DNA of 63,414 nucleotides, the filler included, from Octopus bimaculoides (taxonomy: Eukaryota): NCBI RefSeq assembly GCF_001194135.2. It is 6 parts of 5 records of this genome, joined end to end, with 100 filler letters (N's around TTAATTAATTAA, not from the genome) between each part and the next. Parts side by side here need not be neighbours in the genome. Positions count along the whole stretch, not along the records: positions 52,436 to 58,873 come from NW_026369931.1; positions 58,974 to 62,107 come from NC_068983.1; positions 62,208 to 63,414 come from NW_026348010.1; 3 more parts are not named here. One strand, written 5' to 3'. Positions within the stretch are counted from its first letter, which is position 1. Each line of letters starts with the position of its first letter. Of this stretch, positions 54,430-63,414 are shown piece after piece. Made by a program: the position numbers and the translations under genes. A model generated the notes under the pieces. The model worked only from the letters and a program-made list of their open reading frames with translations. It made no database searches and was not told the origin of the DNA.

Positions 54430-55250
54430 AGGGAAACCCAGGAAGATGTGGGATGAAGTGGTAAGGACCGATCTCAGGATGTTGGGCCTCACATAGGAAA
54501 TGACAATGGACTGAGATGTCTGGTGATATGAGGTTCTTGAAAAGACTCGCCTACATCAGTGAAACTGAGTTCTAGAAGTGCTTTTGTGTCCCACCCACAC
54601 TTAAGAAAACTTCTCACACACCCTACCACAATAAACCAAACTACATCTCTTCCTCACATTTCCACTCCATGCACTATGCTTACCTCCCACTCCCCAATCC
54701 TGTCCTCTTAGCCCTGTCTCACTGTATCATTGCTATCTGCTAGCCCCTGACCTGTGTTAACTTTTCACACACTCTACCCCAACAAATCAATCTACATCTC
54801 TTCTCTTCCTCACATTTCCACCTTCATGCACTATGCCTACCTCTCACTCCCCAAACCTGTACTCATGGTCCTGTTTCTCTGTATCAATTGCTATCCAGTA
54901 ATGCCCACCACTCTATATATACTCATATTTTCATTACTCACTTCCGTTCCCCACTCTCTAATTATGCTTCTTTGGCAATATCCTGCACTTATATTAATGA
55001 CCTTCGAACCTTAAGGTATGCCCTGGCACTTGTCACCATCTATATCTCACCCTGCCTTTACTTGACCATCCCATTTATATTCTGATCCCCCATCCCTTGT
55101 GAGTATGCCCAGCACTTTGCTACCATCTCTATCCTACTCACTCTCTCCTGCACTTCTCTCAGGTTGGGTAACCATGAATTTCCTTTGCGGCAGCACACCT
55201 GTTTCTGTCTTCATTCCTGATCTCTTTCTCTCTCTCTCTCTCTCTCCAGG
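54430..55250 (+). mobile_element. Continuation and probable 3' UTR of the RTE LINE
   Basis: GKPRKMWDEVVRTDLRMLGL, then a pyrimidine-rich UTR-like region with an internal duplication (catctcttcctcacatttccac... near 54645 and 54795). The 3' boundary is approximate. Confidence 0.55.
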
Positions 55251-55399
55251 CAGGTAACCTTGTACCTCTTCTATAGCAAGACACCTGCTTCTGTCTCTCT
55301 GTCTCACTATAACCTTTCATCATCTGATACAAGATTACCTCTTCCAAAAGATTTTCGTCTTGCAGGTTGTTTGCTTGCAGGCTATTTGGTGACCCTATC

Positions 55400-55692
55400 A
55401 GTGCAGGTGCCACTTAAAAAGCACCCAGTCCACACTGTAAAGCGGTTGTTGTTTGGAAGGGCATCCAACTGTAAACAAACTTTGCCAAAAGTCACCTCGT
55501 CTGTACTTGTGCCACGTAAAAAGCACAAAGTTAACTCTGCTGGGTGGTTGGTATTAGGAAGGGCATACAGCAGTAAAAATTCTGCCAAAACAGTCACAGA
55601 AGTCTGGTGCAGGATTCTGGCTGGCCAGCTCCTGTCAAACGTCCCACCCATGCCAGCATGGAAAGCAGACGTTAAACGATGATGATAATGAT
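55400..55692 (+). mobile_element. SINE-like repeat with an RTE-type 3' end (family C)
   Basis: ggaagggcatcc core (twice) and a gacgttaaacgatgatgataatgatga tail. Related copies at 57200-57385(+) and 12810-12945(-). Confidence 0.6.
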
Positions 55693-55944
55693 GAATCACC
55701 TCTGTAAAGTGAAGGATTTACTTACAAATCTGAAGAAAGCTCCTGGAATTTTGGTTCCAGGAGACAAAATGCGAAACTTTTTTTTTTTCATGTCAACACT
55801 TATAACAAACTAATAACGAAGGAACTAAATAAGGATTTTAAACTGGTACAGACTTCAGAGTTATTTGATATTAATAAACAAAGACATTGGATTGTAAAAT
55901 CACTTGATTTAGAAGGTAATAAAAACAATATCAATGGAACTTAC

Positions 55945-56050
55945 CTACTGGCATTATCTGACAGTTCGGGGTTGATATCTTTCACTAGCGATAAATATGT
56001 CTGCAGTTTCTCAATGTTCCATAAATGTTTTGATGCCTCAGTCAATTTCC
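55945..56050 (-). CDS. MCM9: MCM9 next internal exon
   Basis: Acceptor atctcttacacag, donor GTAG|GTAAGT; 106 nt. Phase 1 in, continuing the previous exon in frame: (G)KLTEASKHLWNIEKLQTYLSLVKDINPELSDNAS(R). Resembles MCM9 [23 protein letters not shown]. The intron 56051-58036 is GT..AG. Confidence 0.9.
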
Positions 56051-57439
56051 CTGTGTAAGAGATTATTTAAGTGACAACTATGTAGAATTATCTCACTTTT
56101 CTCAAAAGCCTTCTGCTTGAGACCACCCCAGTGACTCTATGAAATAACTTTGCCATAAAGTGATCTAAACTAAAACCTTCCATAAAAATTCTATGTTAAT
56201 TTATGTTTCAAATCCCAATGACAAAGTTAACTGACTACTGTTCTCTTCATTAATTTCAAAATTAATTGGAACAAGGACAGTGTATTTCCACTTGTGGTAA
56301 TGCTGCAAGTGAATCTTGTGGTATGCAACCAATTGAATCACTCAGTGTTGCATTGATGTTTTTTCTCCTTTTTTTTCCTTGTCTTTCTTTTGTTAAATAA
56401 ATAACTGTTACCTTGGTTTAATTTTTTTTTAAATAGTAACAAAAGGGTTAAATATAGTATGATTATCAGTCTATGAGTTCTGTAACTCACTTGAAACTAC
56501 TCCTAGTTCTACAATACAAACTTTCTGTTTTAAAGTGATCTAAACTAAAACCCTTTTTTTTTAATAAAAATGTTCATGTTAACTTATGTACCAGCTCATG
56601 ATAACACAGTTATATAACTAAACTCAACTGTTTTTTAGTATTTAATTGAAATAAAGACGTGTATCTCTAGTACTAACATGCCTGAAACCAATCTTTGATT
56701 CTATGATACAGACTTCTTGTTTTAAAGTGAACTATTGGGACTGTCACATTGAGTTGACAGTATACAACTGCTTTATCGTAACACTGCTGCTTAATTCTCT
56801 CTGTGAGATTTATAATTAGACCATTTCTAAATTAAAATCTTCTATAAAAAATTTCATATTCCAATCAGCCACTTAATAATGACAAAGTTATTTTATTTAA
56901 ATCTTCTTATTGTTTTCCAAAATTAATAGAATCAAAGACCGTGTATTTCTACAGAAATGTGGTAACAAAAAGGTTAATCTTTATATTAACCTGAAATTTC
57001 CAACCAGTCAACTTAGCAGAGAGTTGAAGTATGTTCAGCTGATTTCTCCTCACAGAGAAACAAAGCTGTCAGGTGGATGATTAAGTCTTTAATCCTTTTG
57101 TGATTCTATTTTTGATGAGTAGACTGTCTGTGATTCAATTCTTTTGCAACATAATTTAGATTATAAAGTTTTAGAGTTGTTAAAATATCTTTGTGGGTGC
57201 TGGTGCTGCATAAAAAACATCCAGTACACCCTGTAAAGTGACTGGCATTAGAAAGGGCATCCAACTGTAGAAACCAAGCCAAAACAGACTATGGAACTTG
57301 GGGCAGACCCTAGCTTTGCCAGTTCCTTTCAAGTCATTCAACCAATGCCAGCATGGAAAATGGGTGTTAAATGATGATTTATGATGCATGTCATCCAAAT
57401 TCTTTTCTTTGTTTTGTCTGCTTTCCATGCTGGTATTTT

Positions 57440-57808
57440 TTATCTTTTACTTATTTCAGTCATTAGACTGTAGCCATACTGGGGCACTGTTTTGAATTTT
57501 TAGACAAATGAATCAACCCCAGGACTTGTTTTTTAAACCTGGTACTTATTCTATCAGTTTTCTTTTACAGAACCGCTAAACTACGGGAATGTAAACACAC
57601 CAACACTGGTTGTCAAGCAATGATGGGGGGAGGGACACACACACACATATATACAATAGGTGTTTTTCAGTTTCCGTCTACCAAATCCACTCACAAAGCT
57701 TTGGTTGGTGTGAGGCTATAGTAGAAGACACTTGCTCAAGGTGCCACACAGTGGCACTGAACCATGTGGTTGAGAAGCAAGCTTTTTACCACACAGCCAC
57801 TCCTGCAC
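57440..57808 (-). mobile_element. SINE family A copy inside the MCM9 intron
   Basis: Same body and head motifs; lies between the two MCM9 exons. Confidence 0.8.
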
Positions 57809-58036
57809 TTAGTATGTTTAACAAAGAGTTCACAATACATGTACCAAAGTGTTTGTACACACATAGCAAAAACTATACATACAGCAGGACGGTATGTACA
57901 AGAGATGTAATATATATATATATTTCGAAACATGTAGTTTATCAAGTGCATTTTTCTTTTTTCTCTTTTTCTTTTGAACAATGTGGGTTGAATAGATCTG
58001 CAAACAACTTCATTAAACATTCAGTTATTGACTCAC

Positions 58037-58172
58037 CTGTTGCCTTACTACCACTGAGGATGTAACTGGACAGTACTTGGTCCCATTCTTCATTTTTGTT
58101 GTCTAAAAGCACCATAATCAAATCAAACCTACTCAACAGGGGACTTGCTAAAGCTATGTTCACACAGATTGA
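58037..58172 (-). CDS. MCM9: MCM9 helicase internal exon (arginine-finger region of the AAA+ domain)
   Basis: Translates [45 protein letters not shown](G). This matches from memory vertebrate MCM9 ([29 protein letters not shown]), including the SRFD arginine finger. Acceptor ttctttctgtttcag, donor ACAG|GTGAGT; 136 nt, phase 0 in, phase 1 out. Confidence 0.93.
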
Positions 58173-58976
58173 CTGAAACAGAAAGAAAAAAAAATCACTG
58201 ATTATATAGCAATCTATAGATGATGTTGGTGATGGTAATGATGATGATGATGCTGGTGATAATGATAGTAATGATGATAGTGATGGCAGTGACTGATGAT
58301 GATGTAGAGGAACAGAGCCAATGGATGAAACTTGGAATGCCAGTCAAAATAAATTTTATAAAAAAATTTGATTTGTCATCATCATTTAAATGTCCACCTT
58401 TCCAGAATTTGATATAGATTATCTATAGTCAGATGCCCTTCCTGTCCATACTTCATCTGTTTCTAAGTGAAGTCATATTTCCTCAAGGCCAGACATATTT
58501 TTGCAAAAAATTGAAAATGAACGACGCTGCTTGTATGACAGTGATGCTCATTTACAACAATCATGCTTTGCCAAAACAAGTAGACAAAAACATGTGTGTG
58601 TGTGTGTGTGTGCGTGCGTGTGTAAGACATCATTTCCTGGATTCATAATTAAAAATCAAAACTGTACCCCAGATTTTAATACAATACTTTTTGTCTTTCA
58701 TTTGGCTTTAGGACTTGGAGATATACAAGGTCACCTGTCTTCTTTATCTCATTTTCTTTGTCTAAGTAAAATCGGACAGGTCATTTTAAGTTTAAGTTAG
58801 ATAAACAATACCATAAAATCCCTTGTAATTTGCACACCTGTGTAATTTACACAGGTGATTTTCAGGATAAAATNNNNNNNNNNNNNNNNNNNNNNNNNNN
58901 NNNNNNNNNNNNNNNNNTTAATTAATTAANNNNNNNNNNNNNNNNNNNNNNNNNNNNNNNNNNNNNNNNNNNNATA

Positions 58977-59024
<48 letters not shown>

Positions 59025-59033
59025 AATATATAA

Positions 59034-59068
<35 letters not shown>

Positions 59069-59672
59069 TATATACATATATATGTGTATGTATGTATGTA
59101 TGCATGTATGTATGTTATGTATGTATGTGTGTATAATGAAAGACGACATATGTATTTTGACATTAAAGTTTCATCCTACTGTTTGCCAGAGAAACGTGGT
59201 TTTGTCACACCACATACTGTTAATATGTCCGCTGAACAAAATGCTTTCCATTTAAAAGTTGTTGACGTACGATTGTTTACCTCGTTTAGAGATTTGAAAA
59301 CAAACTTGTAAAAAAGAAATAATATTATACAATGTTGATTCCAATATTATTTGAAAGCTATTTTGTCTCTGTTAAGTATTGATTTTAAAAGATAATTCCC
59401 AGATTGGAAGTACTTTAAAGGTAAAGCAAAGTTGATAAATATTACCAAACAATATAAAAAAGGTACGAACGAATTTGGAAAATAGATACAAAACACTAAG
59501 CTTAATGCAGATAATGGTGTACACACACACGCGTGCACTCGCACACACACGCGTGCACTCGCACACACACGCGTGCACTCGCACACACACACACACACAC
59601 ATACATTCATACACACATATTTATGCATATACATACATATGCATATACACAAGGAAACTCGCATACACATAT

Positions 59673-59725
<53 letters not shown>

Positions 59726-60831
59726 CATGCGCATATGGAGGCACTCTTATACACCTACTCATATATGTACTTATTTAAGTCCATATGCATATATGTGCCT
59801 ATGTATGTATTTTTGCATGTGTATTTAAAATTTAAACATTCTGGAATTGCTTTTGCTAAAGTGTAATAACATTTAAGTCTTTATTTATCTAGTTCATCGC
59901 CACCTTTAAACAACTTCAAAAATATTTACTGACCATTTTATTGTACTCGATTTTATTTATATTAATATTTAAAAAATGTTACATTTTCCTACAAAAATGA
60001 ATATCCTTTCTTTTAACACATCCTTCATTTATGTTTGTATCTTAAGCGCTAATTTCCAGTTGAAAATATTTGCATTAAAGCAAATATCGCCTTTTTTTAT
60101 CTTCTTATTCTACCTTATCTTCTTATTTTTCTTTCTTCACATTTCGTTGTCTATTTTTACCTAGCCCTTTGTCTGCGTTCCACTTCTACGTTATAATCTT
60201 TATCGTCGCTCTCATCAACATCTTCATTTTCCAACATAATATTTCCATCCCATCATCATCATCATCGCCTTCATTTTCTGCTTCACTATTTTGCATCTGT
60301 TTTCTTCTTCCATCCTGTTTTTTTTTTTTGTTTTTTGCTTGTCGTTTTTTGATGGTGGTCGTTTTTCTTCTTTATCCAGAATTATTTCCCATATCTTTCA
60401 CTTATGTACTGGGAATCCGATAAGCACTCTGATGAACTGCCAGGTGCTCTCGATGTTGTAACATTCACCACTCTACATTCTCGACCTTTCGGCCAAAGAG
60501 ATGAAATTTCTTTACTGCCTACAATAGAATGAAATCACCTTTCTGCCACCGACACGCTTTTACAGCAACAATAGCAATTGCAACAGTAGAAATACGAAGG
60601 GCACATCTGTTTGGGTAGTATCAAATATCGGTTTTAAATTTTGGCACGACAACAAATTCCGGGGAGCACTAATTCGATTACATCGACCCCAGTGCTCAAC
60701 TGGTACATATTTTAACAACCCTGAAACGAGGAAATTTGAAGGTGACCCTGAAAGGTTTAAATGTAAACTCGATTTCGGTGGAATTTGAAATGAGAACAAA
60801 AAGGCATTAGAATTGTTGCTATGTAAGGTGC

Positions 60832-60991
60832 AGGCGTGGCTGTGTGGTTAGAAGCTTGCTTCCCAACCACATGGTTCCGAGTTCAGTCTCTCTGTGCGGT
60901 AAATTGAGCAAGTGTCTTCTACTAATACCTCGGGCCGACCAAATCCTTGTCAGTGGATTTGGTAGGCGGAAACTGAAAGAGGCCCGACGTG

Positions 60992-61025
<34 letters not shown>

Positions 61026-61270
61026 TAGATAGATAGACAGACAGACAGATACATATAGATATAGATATTTTGTTCATTTATTTATTTATTTATTTATGTG
61101 TGTGTTTGTTTCTGTGTTTGTCCCACACCGTTGCTTGGCAACACATTTTGATGTGTTTATGTCCCCGAACCGTTAAGGTTCGACAAAAGAGACCGATGCA
61201 GTCAGTACTAGGCCTACAAAGAATAAGCCCTGGTCTTGATTTCTTCGAATAAAGACAGTGCTCCAGTATA
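60832..61270 (+). mobile_element. SINE family A copy
   Basis: aggcgtggctgtgtggttagaagcttgc...gagttcagtctc..., central (TA)/(GA) repeats, 3' body. Confidence 0.8.
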
Positions 61271-62545
61271 GTAAGCATTTTTCCCTGCTTGATAAGGTTT
61301 CTACCAGTTCACCACCCTTAGAAAGCCACAGCCGCAAGCACGATGCCGAGGTTGAGTAGCAACAATGGTCGTACTTTAGAGGAGAAACAGTCTTTTCACA
61401 TTTACACAAATGTCATGTAATAAAAACTGGAGCATCACAAACTGTTAGCATCACAAACACATTGAAGCAATATTTTAATACCTCAGTACAGTAGTTAACA
61501 AAACAATAAATATTAACTAAGTGTCTAAACGTCTGTCGTAAGCTAATCACCAGCGTAACCGCCAACATAATAAAGACAACAATCCTTACATAAACAACTA
61601 GCATGACAAAGAAACAACAAGAAATATTGTCTTCACTGAGTCCCTCTCGAGTCCTGCATGGGTCAGCAATAAAGTAAGGTTAATTCTGAAATGAACGTTG
61701 TCGCAATTTGAAGTCTTATCATCGAATTTCAAGAGTTTTCAAGCAACTATATGCTTTCTATGATTATAAAGCAAATCCATTTATCATTTGACTCAGCCGA
61801 GCAGCTATTTGTTTCCAAAACACTTGTATTTCAAAAAAAAAAAAAGAAAACATACTCTACTAAGGCACTATTTATTGTGCTAAACAGCAGCCAAAGAATT
61901 GACTTCATATTATTGAGGTTTTAATGTTTTAGTTTGAGTAGGGCACCTGGATGAATTCTCATTGAAGTTAATTATTAATAGCATAGTATTTAGAATTACA
62001 TGAAAGTGGTTTAATGCAGGTGTAACTGCAACATTTCATAAACCGTCTTTATGAATATATAGGATCACAGTTTGCGAAATATGCTTTTTTTTTCTATTTC
62101 ATTTATANNNNNNNNNNNNNNNNNNNNNNNNNNNNNNNNNNNNNNNNNNNNTTAATTAATTAANNNNNNNNNNNNNNNNNNNNNNNNNNNNNNNNNNNNN
62201 NNNNNNNATAGGGCCCCTAGAAGGGGTTGAGATATAGCCTTTCAATTTTCCCTGAACGGCCAAATGAAAATAACCCATTCTTTTTTCTTTATTTTTCCCT
62301 TTTTCCCACTGGTCATTTCTCCATGTATTTGAGAAACAATATCATTACAGTGATTGGTTGCCAGTGCTTAAGTTGCATAAATATGTGTATTTCTACATTA
62401 CGTGGACTTTCTTACAAAAAGTTGTCAGACAAGGTTTGTGATACAGTAAATGTAACCCCTGGCTTAAGTCAATATATATATTTAATGACATTTCATAGAC
62501 CCACCTAAGATCTTGCATTTAAAACAAATTTGAATAAAATCTAAT

Positions 62546-62616
62546 CATGGGTTATCTCATCATGGGTTATCTCATCATGGGTTATCTCATCATAGGTTAT
62601 CTCATCATGGGTTATC
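62546..62616. repeat. Minisatellite, 15 bp x ~4.7
   Basis: CATGGGTTATCTCAT tandem copies, one with a G>A change. Confidence 0.95.
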
Positions 62617-63414
62617 AATACCACAACTTATTTGCAAATTTTACCATTNNNNNNNNNNNNNNNNNNNNNNNNNNNNNNNNNNNNNNNNNNNNNNNNNNNN
62701 NNNNNNNNNNNTTGGTATAAATCAAGTTGAGTATGTTTATTTCTTAGTATTTGAACTGTTAAGGTTATTTTTGCACTGTAAACAGAACAACTCTTTAACA
62801 AGTAAATAGTAATTTCCTCAACAATAGATTTCGGTTAGTAACTTATTCATTAATATATCATGAATGACGATGCATTTCATGTCACTTCAGCCAATTGACA
62901 GATGCTGCATGAAGAACTTTTCAGAGTTATTTACTTTGAACTTTAATTATCTCATATCCGATTAGCCTGTAATTACGTAACATGCTTCACGATTTTCGTA
63001 TACATACCTTATTGGTATTTCCATCTAAGTTCTATATATTTTGGGAACGCATTGAAGCCCTTTTCAGGGCTGCTTTATTTGAATTGTTACTATCGGGTAA
63101 CTAATTTGCATGTTATCACGTAACTGACTTCACGATTTTGGTATCCATAACTTATTGGGATTTCCTGAAAACAAGATCCTATGTAAGACGGTACGGTATT
63201 CTCTGTAAGTGCATAAAAACCGTTTTAAGAGCTACATACATTGTATTGTTGCTATTGGATTAGCAAAACAATTTGAGACAATTGTGCAGATCCTTCTTGC
63301 TAGATTGAAGGGAATATTATTCTTCGTGTTTGAAATGTCATGAGGAGAATAGTAAGTGTTGTTTACAATCTGTTTGCTTGTAGTGAATATCTGTTTCAGT
63401 GATTTTATCTCTTT

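Noticed and set aside
61413-61604. 63-aa hydrophobic minus-strand ORF
   Set aside because: No homology or splice support; the plus strand looks like a decayed repeat with several stops.

Overview
Repeat-rich, gappy animal genomic DNA. The SINE families and microsatellite load point to an octopod cephalopod, probably Octopus (inferred). Five 100-bp spacers (44 N + TTAATTAATTAA + 44 N) split the window into separately assembled pieces. The only host protein-coding sequence I can support is two consecutive, phase-compatible minus-strand exons of the MCM9 helicase (58037-58172, 55945-56050). A compact promoter-like module (two inverted 10-bp E-boxes, CCAAT, TATA) lies at 29873-30017 next to a gap. 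The rest is a layered transposon record: tRNA-derived SINEs, three head-to-tail R4/Dong-type RLE retrotransposons, RTE and L1-like LINE fragments, decayed mariner, Tc1-like and pogo transposases, MITEs and long foldback hairpins, a candidate solo LTR, nested insertions and many simple repeats. Most ORFs in the track are microsatellite or N artefacts. I found no convincing novel multi-gene system. The best leads are the R4/Dong array, the promoter module, the long hairpins, the nested insertions and decayed hammerhead-like motifs.
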